Assembly: GCA_051362555.1 (NCBI GenBank) | Contig: CM120640.1 | Location: 21,886,001-21,950,000 of the forward strand | Direction of reading: 5' to 3' | Origin: Lingula anatina | Taxonomy: Eukaryota; Animalia; Brachiopoda | DNA: 64,000 nucleotides | Part shown: one piece after another, positions 36,527 through 49,497 of the stretch | How positions within the stretch are numbered: the stretch's first letter is position 1 | Layout: each line of letters begins with the position of its first letter | Program-made: the position numbers and the translations under genes | The notes under the pieces: generated by a model | Seen by the model: the letters and a program-made list of their open reading frames with translations, nothing else | What the model was told of the DNA's origin: nothing | Databases searched by the model: none

Positions 36527-37305
36527 CTTGGCCAACAAGACTGTTCCACTTCAAGCCGCGGTCCTGGCCTTGGAACACAAAGTTGACCGCTGTCCACTTG
36601 GCCTTATCTACGTGCTACACACCCCGCTCCATAGTGTCAGCAAACGGACACCAGGTGTCGTCAACGACCGTAATTACGCAGACGACAAAGCCGATACCCT
36701 TTCTCGTCTTGGACATTTCTGAAATTGCGAAACAATTTAACAACTCTACCAGCAATTCAATAAACGTGGAAATCACTGGTTTACAAATAAACCTTGCATG
36801 TGCCGGTAGAGAAAATGGTGTTATGAAAGAAGCATCGAAAGCACCACTTCTGGTGGTGTTCTCCACTCCAAGCGACGCCGACAACAAGAATAAACCCCGA
36901 TCTCTTATTAGACACAAGCGCGGATTTCCAGATGTCATCCCTACGTCAGTTTTTGAGATAGATTCAAAAACCATGACAACGGCTTGTAAACGTCACGAAT
37001 GGTATCTCAGTTTGGCCGAGCTGAACTGGGGCGGCCTGATCATAAGACCTACGGGCTATTACGCCAATTATTGTGCCGGGTCCTGCTCTGCGCCTCTTTT
37101 GCCCGCTGTCTCTGTCAACGGCAGCAACCACGCTTTCGTGAAAGCCATGTATCAAAGGATGACGTCAGAGGTGAGCGCGCGTACTGTGTCTCACTGCGTT
37201 CCAGTATCGTTCAGTCACATCAGCGTGCTCTATTACGACAGCGACAATGATTTGATCATTAAGAGAATCCCCGAAATGGCGGTCAACGAGTGCGGATGTC
37301 TATAA
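36527..37305 (+). CDS. TGF-beta superfamily ligand, exon 2 (prodomain, RHKR furin site, cystine-knot domain)
   Basis: Acceptor TTTTTAG, phase 1; CKRH...W...IIRPTGYYANYCAGSC...NHA...HCVP...ISVLYYD...IPEMAVNECGC; joined product 339 aa. Confidence 0.95.
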
Positions 37306-37857
37306 TATTTTAGTGATGCCTTGCAGTGGCACTGTAAATTTCTTTTACAATTTGAGTGAAATCATTTGGACTTTGAATGTGTTAGCTGTGTACTTGACTC
37401 AACCAGACAGCTACATTTATGTCACCAAGCTCTTTAAACTATGGACATTGTAGGCGTTTTCTGCACTTCAAATCTGGTGCACTTAGAAAGCAAGCAGGAA
37501 AGCATTCACTTGGGGTGTACATTAAAGTAGAAAATACGTCGGTGCAGTTAAAAAAAGACAAGGCATAATAGCCTAAACATTAGTCAGCAGATTAAGGTTT
37601 TCGTCTTTTATCAATCATTGCACCGGGGTACTAGTCGACAGATAAGTTGTACATCTCTTTTATGTCAAGGTAATGGTAAAGGCTTTTTAGCAATACGTAA
37701 ATGAATATAGCTAATCCCTGGCTTCCTCTGTTATAACTGTTTGCAGCTGGAAACTTGGATACGCAATTGGCATTTTGTAAGGAAAGCTATGCATATCCTA
37801 TTCACAATACAAGAACAATCATCAAAATCCCTTTTCTGAAAAAAAGGGGGTGCTTTC

Positions 37858-37987
37858 TATTTCTGCAGCATCAAAACAAATCCATGGGCGTAGTTGTTTT
37901 GGGCAACTACGCCCAAAACAACTACGCCCATGGATTTGTTTTGATGCTGCAGAAATACAAATCCATGGGCGTAGTTGTTTTGGGCAA
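37858..37987. repeat. Perfect 47-bp inverted repeat with 6-nt loop, plus a partial third copy
   Basis: 37858-37904 is the reverse complement of 37911-37957; CAAATCCATGGGCGTAGTTGTTTTGGGCAAC is repeated directly afterwards. Confidence 0.9.
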
Positions 37988-40900
37988 CCCAACGCGTTCG
38001 ACTGTCTCCAAAACAAAATCATTATCGTCACTCTCATAATTTGGTGAGTTATAAAATACCTCCTTATCATTTGATACATGTAGTTGATGGTGCTTGTATT
38101 GCGGTCAACAAGTGTTGCACAATGTCTGTATCGTTTTACAAGCCTGTTTTGACACTGATCTTCACTGACTTGACACTTTTGTCACATGGTTTGCATGATG
38201 ACTGAACTCCCCTCAAAGTCTGATGTCCTATCAAACATTGGAATGTTGATTTTATTCATCCCGTTTTTATAAACATGGTCCATGTACTTCGGTAATGATA
38301 ATGATACCCGGTCAACTGCCCTTCTTGCAACAATAAATAAATAAAAGAATAAATTAATAATTTACAAAAATGCTATAATTAGTTGTACAAATGCTATAAT
38401 TAGTTTACATAAATACATAGCTGATAAATCCCGAAAAACATTAATATTGATTAGTACATGTATGTTGTAAAAATTACCACCATCTGAATATATCCCAAAT
38501 AGATTGAAACTGAGGGTAAAAAGGAGCACAATTGATTCCTAAGTTCATAAAAATAATAGTTTTTATTTGACAATTAATTTTAATTTTGATTAATTTTGAT
38601 TGCCAAAATTAATTTGATTGTTGGGCTATAGATATTTACTGTGAATATTATCCTAGACTGTGACGTAATTTTCTCTTTCCGCCTAAATTACGTTATTGAG
38701 TCTTCCGCATCAATTACTCGTACCGTACCTCTAATATTTATGCATGTGAAATTTGACCCATTTATATATTAAGAAGCTGGCACAAATAATTGTCACTATA
38801 TATCACCTTAATTATGTTTTCAAGGCATAAAAACCAGCATAATGTCTTTCACATTTCATTCACGACTTATTTCATTCTATGGAAGGATAATTAAGGGGGG
38901 TGGGGGTGGCAGTGCTCTCTGTACCCCACCCAGCCCTCCCCGCCTCGCACTGGATGTCACAAGTATCCCCTATATCTTAATTGTCTTCGTTATTGTGGTC
39001 TCTTTCGATGTTTTTCCCGACTCACATACTTCATCGTGTCGGGAGTAACGGTGCACGAGGGATGAACACCGAAAGTGCACTGATTGACCTCTTTTCAGTC
39101 TGATGCTTGTGGGGTTTTTGATCACGCGTAGGTGGAGTTGGATATGACGGAAACACATTCATCATTCTTCACAAGAAGGGATTCTTCATAAACAGTAATA
39201 GTTTAAGTATGTCCTAAGGCAATATGGGGGATTTTTCATCCTGAATTAATTTTTATCAGTGATTACTTCCAAAAACAAAGTGTCTGAACATTTACGCATT
39301 ACGCAAAAAAGTAAACTCACTACTTCAGACGAAGGAGTCAAATTGAATATTTATACAGATAATTATGATCTCGTATTAAAAGTAAGTGCATAGATGTTAG
39401 CAAAGTATAACATTCGGAGATTTTGTGCGCCATTTGAAAAAAGTCATTCAATTTAATTCTAAATATTTTTTTCAAAATGAAATAATATGTTTAATAAAAT
39501 AGCAAAAGAGTAACGGTAATTTTTTTTCTTATTCTATACTGTTTTCTTATTTGTAAAGAAATATCCTCACTGTCGTTCTTTTTCTTTTATATGTTTTCCA
39601 ATTATCGCATATGAAAAAAAAGTGAGTATTTGGCCATTAGAATAATGGAAATGGGAAAATTATCTAGTTGTTAAACCCAAACATATATTGATAAGGTGCA
39701 GTTGTTTTGATTGTCTCTTGTATAATGGTGATTAATGGATAAAGGATGAAGGGTCGAACATCACGCCCAGGGTAAAAATCACTTAGTCTCCTTAAAAAAA
39801 CGATTAACTTTTTTCTAGATTTATTATTACTCAATAAATTTTAAAACAAAAGAAAAGAGAAATTTATAGTCGTTAAATGATAAATTATTCTAAATGAACA
39901 ATGCTGGGAATCGAGCCATAATGAAAATATAGTGATATCAGGGTAAATATCAAGTACAGGACACACGAATAAACTTAAACATGAAGCCCTTCCGAGTAGT
40001 TCCTGTTTTTTCTTTCCAGCTGTCCCACGTGTCGGAATGGAAAATAAGCGCTACCAAGGTAAGATCGGAGCTGTCGTTTTATTGATCATGGTCTGATGAT
40101 GCAAAAGATTGATGTCAGGAAAGCACTGTTGCAGATACAAAGTGATATCAAAATAGCCCTGGCTGTCAAAATATATGAACCAAGGAATACCATGCGCTTT
40201 GACGGCGTAATGACAGGGGGCGGGGTCTCCTGATTTGGCCTCCTTTTAATAGCATGAGCATAGGGGACTCGGTGCAAGTGTAAGATCACAACACAGCCCA
40301 CGAGAAGGTCCAATGAAAGAAGAATACCAACTTGAAGGTAGGGAAGTTAATATATATTCAGTGGGTGATGTATCTTTTAATTGTGTCTCTTAGTATAGGC
40401 CTATTTCCTTTAATTATATATTGTGTGATTATGTCTTATAGATACTGCTTTGGGACTGTATAATATTTATAATGTATAATGTTATCTGACGCCTCATATT
40501 TTATGAACAGTAAATCACCACCCCAAACAGGCATGCATGTATATATTTAGTGGTAACAACAGCGTTGTATATGTCCCTTAAAGGTTGGCATGATTTTCTT
40601 ACTTAATATTTCATTTTCTTACAATCAATAACTACGCAAAAAGAAATAATAAAAAAAAGATTTTTCAAGCAAGATAATAAGTTCAAAAAAGATTCCCACT
40701 ATGCGCTGCGCAAAATGCAGTTTATAAAAAAAAGCTGAAGTAATTCGATAGATTTTATTGATTATGACAAGATAAAGTACAACCTCAAGGCCATTAAGAT
40801 TTTCTTTTTGGTTGAATTCCACGCTACTCGTGCTTTCCATCAGATATTTACAAAACAATGCGAATAACTTTGGTGATAATTCGCGTGTTAAAGATGTTAT

Positions 40901-42707
40901 TTTTCTTGCTAGAACCGTGCTTTATCTTGATTCAACTTGGTTTCTTTAAGTGGCCTTTACTATACGCCTGGGTAGAGACATTAAAATCGGCGGCTTAATG
41001 TCCCTATAAAACATTGACCCGCGTGATCTGGTGTGGTAGCATCTTTACTGCGGTATTCCGTCTAAATACAATAGCGCATAGAGTGCAAGACCTTGTTTAC
41101 AACCCAATCCGTGCAGCTGCTCTGCAACTTTTTTTCATCAGAAGAGTTATAACATAAAAGAGATTAAATTGATAATAACTAGGTAATATGTTGAAGAATA
41201 ATGTATCGAATATCAAAGTAGATTTTCAGCCTAAACTGAAAACTTTGATTTAAAAAATGCGTTGAAAATCCTGGCGAGATTTGTTTTTCTCAATTATCAT
41301 CATCATCATTGACCCCATCTGACCTGGCACGGATTTCTCCCTGAAAATCTTGTGGATGTGTATTTTCTGAAGTGCTCTACGTTTGCCTTTCTTCCCGTGT
41401 AATCGAGTGTGCGAATGAACGCAGTGCGGAATGCGAGCGCCTCTGTCCTCGCATCCAGTACCAAAACAATGCCACAGTTGCCTTTGTGTACAAATGCATT
41501 CCCGTACTTTTTCTCTAAAGGAAGATCAATATAATTGACACAATGTAAAATACAAAGCTTTATTGAGGGTCAAATAGCAAGAAAGATTTTTTTTCTGCGT
41601 AATCAAACTAAGTATGATTGCATTACTCCAGCATTGCCCTGAAGGGGGGATAAGGGATGTTTTAACTAGGTATTATTTCAACAAGTAGAGGAGAAAGAAG
41701 CGTTCCTGTAACACCGCAATGAAAACCAGTTTGTTTGATCTTTAAAAAGAAATTATTTGCAACCTTAGTCTCAGAGTTCCCATCAACTCTTTGTTTGTTG
41801 CTTATATCCTCATTTGCGCAATCCAACCTATTTTTATAACTGCCATATCATTAATTCATTTTACTACTATTTTTGCGGATTTCTAACCTCTTTCCCACAC
41901 TTACAATATCATTATATTAATTTTTGTGGGCTGTTTTAACAGATAACTGAGAACAAAACCGATTTTAAATTAACACATAAGGTAAAATTTGTTGATTTTA
42001 AAAGATAATGAGGTCAATAAAGGCAATCAAGATGTGAAAAAAAATTAAAAATCGCTTTTTGTTTTTAAATTTCAAAGTAGTTATCAGTGAAAAGTAGCGA
42101 GTATAGAATGCACCAAAACTTGTCACAATGACATTTTAGAATAATCAACAAAAAGCGTAAACAAATATGATGTTTTTCTCATCTGATAATAAGTTTCTAT
42201 ACCTTACATGTATCATTCGTCTTTTTTTATCTTTGGAAATTTTTACATGCTTGATCGAATCCCATTTTGTCGAAAAAGCGCGACATTTCATCAAAAGACA
42301 GCGGCTATTTTATCAAAATCTTTCTCTCAAAATAATGGGCATTTTATAAAATCTCGACACTGGAAAGGGGTCGATCATATTTCGAGAGGGAGTCACGACA
42401 GCGTGGTATCGGTGACTGAGCCGTCTGTTTCTCGCGTGATCTGTCCAACGTGCGTGAGGACAGACAATGGGCACGAGATCGGTGCGACAAAGCTGTGTCA
42501 CTTATCCAACACCTGTTGACGCTAAACGTGTCTCGAAAGTTTTGTAATGCATTGCCACGCAGATTTAAAACAGGGGAGTCCTGACTGACGCAAGACACAT
42601 TTCCCTTTGAAGTTTTATCGGGTTACCGTATATCAGTGGATATGCATCTTTGGGAGAAATATTGATTAAAAGTTTCCAAATTATTTGACGTTTTCTACTT
42701 TAAATTT

Positions 42708-43673
42708 CAGGCCTTCCCAACTACCAGACTCGGCACCTACGGGTCCAGAATAAACCGGTATATCTGACCACACTACCCGTTTTCAAGGTGTGTGTCAGAT
42801 CGCATAAAAGAGTATCATACCCTATCACAAATTCTGTAAGCCTACCTGTCATCCGGGTATCGCGCCTCGTTTTCGTCAAGTAGGAGTCGCATGAATACAA
42901 CAGACGACTCCCTCAATCAGGGGGTGGAAACGCGCTACTTATATGATTAAGACGAGCCTAGCCGTCAGTACCGGTTATTGTTTTGTGACCTTGAGGGGCA
43001 ATTAGATTTGGTCGTTGCGGCACGCATCAACAGTAGTTGAACTACCACACCTGGGTCTTTTGTTTTTGACAACTGTTCACTCGTCATCGAGGCGCTTGTT
43101 CAAGACTACAGGCTGATGTCTACTAGTACTATACCAGTGGCTTCATTAGTAACGTTCCCACAATACTTAAGTTTTCTGTCCGTGCGTACAAACACTGAAA
43201 AAGGACAGCCTCGCTGACGAGAACAATGGACGTTTCTCACCCCTCTCTAGGATTACCCCTGCCCTCAATCTCGTCCATCCCGGTAGTCACGAAAATATTT
43301 AACCCCCGACAGAATATGCTTCTGCTATCAAAATTAGGTCTACTTTTCTAAATTAATATATAAGTTTGCAAGTTCTTATTTACAAAACATCATTGGCTAT
43401 GTCCGAACCTAAATTTTATGTTAAAAAGTGCGGTACTGTCAGATTTTAGCATAAACAGAGAAAATTGCAGCAGCGCATGAATCTAGATGAGATGCACTAC
43501 TTTCCAACCCCGCTTAGGATCATTGCTATCACATCGCGCACCAGGCAAAATCGGTGTGGTGGCTGATACTCTGTAATGCGATCTGACACACACCTTGAAA
43601 ACGGGTAGTGTGGTCTGATAAACCGGTTTATACTGGACCCGTGGGTGCCGAGTCTGGTAGTTGGGAAGGCCTG
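42708..43673. mobile_element. About 1-kb non-autonomous DNA transposon, TIRs about 100 bp, 5-bp TSD
   Basis: CAGGCCTTCCCAACTACCAGACTCGGCAC... / ...GTGCCGAGTCTGGTAGTTGGGAAGGCCTG; TSD AATTT. Confidence 0.9.
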
Positions 43674-45694
43674 AATTTCTTCTTCGCATAAGGATTGTCA
43701 TCTAAAATTACGGATTGTTTGGAAACAAAAACTTTTATTTGGACAAAAAAAGGGTGTGTAGTCATTGTCGATTTGTTCCCTGCCATACGTCAAATGCAAG
43801 CAAGAAAGTTATATTTTGAGATATATGGCAGCAATGTTTGAAAAATAAATATTTTGCCATTAGACATTAAACTCCGTAATGAAATACTTAAAGTGCTTTC
43901 AAAACCAAACATCCACTGGAAGGATCTTCATACTGGTCTCCAAGGACTTTAAATTTTCTCCAACTTTAGAAGTTCACACATAATTTGTACGTTATACCCA
44001 CGTTATCAGTATACAGCTAGTGGTCTGAATAATTTAAAACACCGTTACTAATTCATTTGCAGATACAAATGATGTTTTCACCATTTAAATACCGCAAGTG
44101 TCTTTCCATTTCTAAAAATACCATCATGAATTGAACACGCCTATAATTCATCGTGGTTGCCATGGAATCGCGTAGTGGATGCCCCTTATCATAAAAATAA
44201 GAGAAGAAAACCACACAGCTTTGAATATTTACTTATTTTAGAAGTGCACAATTTGTAAATGATATCTAAAATATGTACGGCACAATGGGGCTCGATAACG
44301 GTGCATGTTAGAGAGCAAGCGTGCGTGAAGCCGGTCTTTCAGTGGCTTCAATGGGCTAGCAGTGTTAAGCTGGGAATAAAATGGCTCCTCTGGACGTCCA
44401 GACTGAGTGACGGTCTTCTTTTTGACATACAGGTATTTGCAGCGTTCGTGCAATTTTGCATCTGAAATAATCTGAGCGTAAGAATTGTTCTTGTATAGGG
44501 GACTTACAAATACCATACTCCTTGTAGGCCTAATAGTTACAAAGCTGGAAGCTTTTTAGTATGCTACCATGTTGTGCACAGCATAGTTGTATTGGGGATC
44601 CGCCCACCCCTTTGCCATAGAACAAAATGGCGGATTCTGCACGGCGCCCTCCCCAAGGGGAATGAAAAAAAATGCACATCAAAACTGGAAAATACTTTAC
44701 CCTCTAACATATTTTTTTCAATATTATTTTCTTAGCAAAAGGATAGATATGGAGAGGAAGTGGGGCAGAACATAAAAATCCCAGTCAATGGCCTTTGGTA
44801 ATAATTTCCACGTTTATGCCCTCTCGGCATAAAACAAGATGCCCAATTGGAGCATAATTTGTGTTTGATTTGAATTAAATTGTAGTTTTGCATACTAATA
44901 CGCTGTCAAACAGCGGTCATTCTAAGCTTTAAATTAAAGCTAATAAACATGAAAAACTGAGGTGGTTGCAATAGCCATAATACAGCGAAGAAACACAAAA
45001 GGCATGTCTATGTTGTGCGAGCATTCAGACTAGGGTTGGCTTCACAGTGCGTACGGAGGGCTCAGCGGAACCCTTCATGATTGAGGTCTCTCGAATAAAT
45101 CATATTTCGTTTTTTTTTAGGAAAAAAATAAACTCCCTTTTAAGGTGGGATTTTTAATCGACTTTTGCCCTCGACAAAAACCCTGAATCCGTGCTTGTGT
45201 GTGGATAACTTTTTTGTTTCTGCTTTTAAGACATGAACAGTGATAACCTAAGTATCTCCTTGTAAAGACAAACGGTTTGTCAGAATTTGGTAGTAATTTA
45301 AAGGACATATTTAGGTTTAAGATGGCGACCGTGTCTATCTTTTTGGGACAAAGTAAGCGGTTACTATAAAACTCTTCAGAAATTGTATTGCAATTCTTCA
45401 AACGTCATGCATGGCCTATATCATAACCGTTTCAAAACCCCGATACTGTTTAACGCACGGCGTGAACAATGTTACGTCGCGACTTATGTCACTATTTCAT
45501 TTCGATAATTTAAAAGAAATCTCTTGTTTTGTAAAATATCACGGTACATAGAGCTAGATGCAAGATGATAAAATCAATATCTCATTCTTGATCATATATA
45601 AAAAACTATACATTTCAACCAATATCAATTATTTTCTAGGTTGCTTCGAATTTTTTACATGATATCTTGCGGGACCAGCAGCTAGGGAATCAAG

Positions 45695-47076
45695 ATGGCG
45701 CTTGCTGAAGATGGTGGACGAGCGCTTAGCACATTCGAGGACATCATGGATGCCCACCAGTCAGTGGGCAATTACATCTTCACGTGTTCGCTGATGTTGA
45801 AAGTGTCAGGGATGCTGGAGGGGGACGATGTCAGGAACGTCCTTCTTAATTTACAGAAAAGACACCCACTTTTGCGTATGAAGATTAACTCCACTGGCGA
45901 TTCTCGACAATTTCAACCGATGCAAACGAACTCAATTGACTTTGAAGTTTTCACTACTGACGATTGGCAAGCTGTCAATGAAGAGCTTTTAGGCACAAAA
46001 TTTAACACTGAAGCTGGACCTTTGTGGAGGGTGAAACTTTTAAGACTAACAAACCCAAACACCAAGGATAGCAGTGACAATGATGATGAGAGGGTGGCAC
46101 TGCTTTTTGCCTTCCATCACAGCATCGCCGATGGGGTTTCAGTGGCTAAGCTTCTGCAGGAGTTTGTAGAGATGACAGATTGCTCCATGTCCAATAAACA
46201 AATTGACGACTGGACTCCGCTCCCGCTCCTCCTGTCAATGAAACATCAGCTTCCACCAAGAGATTCTGTGTTTCGTTGCATGGACGTATTCAAATTAGTC
46301 GGGATGGCTAAAAAGAACTATCTGCCGGGCAAGAACCTTTTCCTAGAGCGGTACCCGGCGTTAGTGACAGAGAATCCAGCGGTCAAATCCCAAACACGAA
46401 TGGTTGCTTTCAACCTCTCTAAAACTGATACTGAGACCCTGCTTGCCAAGTGCAAGCGCGAGAGGACTACCGTTCATGGTGCCCTTACCGCCGCCGCTGC
46501 GTTATCACTTCGGGACATAATCCAACCAAACGAGAAAAAGTCACTTTTAATGCCAACCCTTCATCCAGTGAACATGCGCCATTTCTGCAAGCCTCCTTTG
46601 GAACCCCAGCATCTTGGGTATATGGTATTGACAGTGGACACCACCCTCAAGGTACCCAAATGGGGGACTTTCTGGGGGTTCGCACGAAAGAACAGTCAAA
46701 GGATCCACTCGGCTCTGGTCTCAAACGACCACATGACATTGCTTCGTATCGGTGACAAGGTATGGAACAGGGATGACTACTTGAGAAAGGTAGCTGATAG
46801 TCAGAAAGATGGAGGGCGCAACCCCAACTATTTTACACTGTCTAACATCGGCAACTTGGACAAGATCCTAAATACCTGCTTCGTCAACCTGGAAGTCGAG
46901 GACGTGTTGACGTCTACTGGAATACACGCAGAGGGCCCGCTCTTCCTCCACAACGTGCTCACGTTCAAAAATCAGCTCCGATGGCATCTTAACTATGCCG
47001 CCAACGTGATCCACAGGCAACAGGCCCTTGACCATGCGGCACGCATTGAGAAGATTTTAGTGGAAGCAGTCAGAGG
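45695..47076 (+). CDS. CoA-dependent acyltransferase (condensation/alcohol acetyltransferase/PapA5-like), main coding exon
   Basis: RHPLLR, GPLWRV, FHHSIADG (HHxxxDG), TVHGAL, PVNMR and LSNIG motifs; Kozak AAGATGG; upstream acceptor at about 45639; donor GG|GTATGT. The unspliced frame stops at 47122. Confidence 0.88.
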
Positions 47077-47148
47077 GTATGTCAGTATTTTCAAATTTAG
47101 AAGCCTATACATATTCACCTAGAAAAAGGGTTAGGTAATTCTATTTAA

Positions 47149-47370
47149 GCCCCCTTTACACTGGACGGCGTCCTTTCTACGTCCAGCAATACGGCCCCGT
47201 TTGAGAGTAAAAAAACAAAATAATACTTTACGTGCCGACAACTGGCCGATCATTGAGCATTCATTCTAAAACCAAATCAATGCTCGTGCGTCCTTATTAC
47301 GACCACAGCGATGGCAATTTTATGGTCGCAGAAAGGACGCAGAGAGGACGCCGTCCAGTGTAAAGGGAGT
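47149..47370. mobile_element. PIF/Harbinger-like MITE inside the acyltransferase intron
   Basis: CCCTTTACACTGGACGGCGTCCT / AGGACGCCGTCCAGTGTAAAGGG TIRs; TAA/TTA-like flanks. Confidence 0.75.
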
Positions 47371-47460
47371 ATTAGTAATTTAAGTGCCGATTGTACATCA
47401 GATGAATAAATGAATGTTGTTTGTGGGTCATTTACGTAAATAACTTGTGTTCTATTGCAG

Positions 47461-47983
47461 GCCAGATACACAGAAGCAGAATGTTAACCAGCAGCAAGTG
47501 ACACACCTCTTCCAGAGCAATGGTATAGCGCAGCAGAAAATACGGGAACGGAATATGCCACAACAAAGTTCAAGATATTCTTCAGTCAATTCTGAGGTTT
47601 TGGATTCAAAGGGACATTGGGTAGAAAAACAAGATCGTCGGCTTCCACGAATAAACGTTGTTCCATGCCCTTCAAACAGAATTCAATATTGGCCGTATAC
47701 CGAATTGCCGCACACAAAAATTAACCAAAACTCGGTCACCCATGCGAACATGTCAAGTACACAGGGATACGCGCATGGAAAAATACCATGGAGCTCCAAG
47801 GACTTGGCATTTGTCAGGCCTTACAAGGTCCTTCCAAGCTACCGGCAACCTTCTAAAGCAGGAGTTTACAACATTAACCAAATAAGTCCTTTAACAAGCG
47901 CTTGGTCATCATATGCCTGTGGACCTGTGCCGCACTTTCTGCCAAGGAGAAGGGCACCCGAGAATTTGAAATTCTTTTGGTAA
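47461..47983 (+). CDS. Probable last coding exon of the acyltransferase gene (about 174-aa extension)
   Basis: Acceptor TATTGCAG at 47460; phase-2 join gives EAVRGPDTQKQ and stays open to the stop; AATAAA at about 48190. Confidence 0.65.
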
Positions 47984-49230
47984 GCCGAACGGCAGTAATG
48001 AACTTTTTGAAAATATGGCAATTAATTTAGCACTACCTGGTCCACGTTCATAGTGAGCACTGTGTAAATATATACATATAACACAGTACATATTTTACAT
48101 ACATGTAGTATTTAGAACCTTTTTATTGTGAAGGGATTTAAATATAATATGCTACTGATTCTATGTTCGTATTACAACGTGGCTTGAACAATAAATATTT
48201 ATGTACTGTTTATATATTTATTCCATTGATGTCTGCTAGATTGTGTATGACTCTTCGTTTGATGCATATAAGGGAAACCACCAATAGGAAAGCATTATCA
48301 TTAACTGACAAAATTACAAATTTTAATGCAAAAAATTAAAAATTAAATTAAAATTGCAAAGTTAAACAACTGAATACGTATGCAGCGGTGCCTATGTAAA
48401 TAAACTATAAACCGATAAAGGTTTGTTTTACTTTATTTGATCATAATGGATTGTTGGAAATCCGAATACATTCATATATTTACTCAAGAAAACGAAACAG
48501 ATCATAGAACGTAATGAAACAACTTATTAGTGTCACGTGTTCCACGTTTTACCATTTCTAGATCTGAGTAATCAGATGATTGTGCACGTGTTTAATAATG
48601 TGCGGCAATGACCCAGCCTTCTTAATAATGTACTTTTGATCGATTTTTCAATATTTCTCTTCGCACAGTGATCCATTGATCCAGGTGTTTCAGTATACAT
48701 TCCATACAGTTAAACACAAAGAGAGCAGCTTGATTTGATGCCGTTTATGATATGATTTTCAATATTGAGAAATAAAGACAAGCGTAACGCAAGAGAAATA
48801 AAGACATTGATTTCACATCCGTGTCAGTGAGTGAGGAAAGGAAAGGAAGCAAACAGAAAAGAAAGGGTAAGTTTTATGGGTACTAAAGTACCAGAAACGG
48901 ATATTGTTAAATGTATATGAAGCAGATATTGTCAAAGGAGGCGGGCGCTTCGTATCAAACAAAAGTAACGGTAAACGGCAATGATAACAAGGACATTGTC
49001 AATGCACGTGTATTTGCAGAGTTAGATTGGCTCATTTATCAAAATTACCTCCGTAAGGATATAGGTGGTGGATCTCATATACAGTTTATTACAAAGAGCC
49101 GTAGTACCACATATACCTATCATATTGCTCAGTATGCTGAATAATGCTATACTGTAAAAGCAATAGGGCCTACACATTTATTCATATATCCTCCAGGTTA
49201 GGAGCGCAGATTACACGGAGGACTCAGACA

Positions 49231-49497
49231 ATGCCAGGACTTCTCCGAGACTCTGGATCCCCGGTCAGGTCAATTCATCCCTCAGGTAGAAGTGGACAAG
49301 GAACATACCTTCACCAACTGATAAACGAACAGAGAGAACTTTTCTCAAAATATCGTCGACTGCGACACGATCTACAGCTAATTGAACAGGAACTGAGTCT
49401 TGTTCAATGTGAACTTAACAGTATTAATCAATGCCGGAGAAATAGAATGGCCACCGTTACTCAGTTACGCGATGACATAGTGAATGATAAAAAGTAG
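49231..49497 (+). CDS. Putative 88-aa coiled-coil protein
   Basis: Kozak ACAATG after acceptor CTCCAG (49197); heptad pattern LINEQRELFSKYRRLRHDLQLIEQELSLVQCELNSI; candidate donor GG|GTAAGT at about 48867. Confidence 0.45.
   Translation: MPGLLRDSGSPVRSIHPSGRSGQGTYLHQLINEQRELFSKYRRLRHDLQLIEQELSLVQCELNSINQCRRNRMATVTQLRDDIVNDKK

Noticed and set aside
36527-37305. Assigning nodal, BMP2/4, univin or lefty as gene symbol
   Set aside because: Too divergent to place by eye; it needs a phylogeny.
45695-47122. NRPS cluster or bacterial contamination
   Set aside because: No adenylation or carrier domains nearby; flanked by splice sites and animal MITEs.
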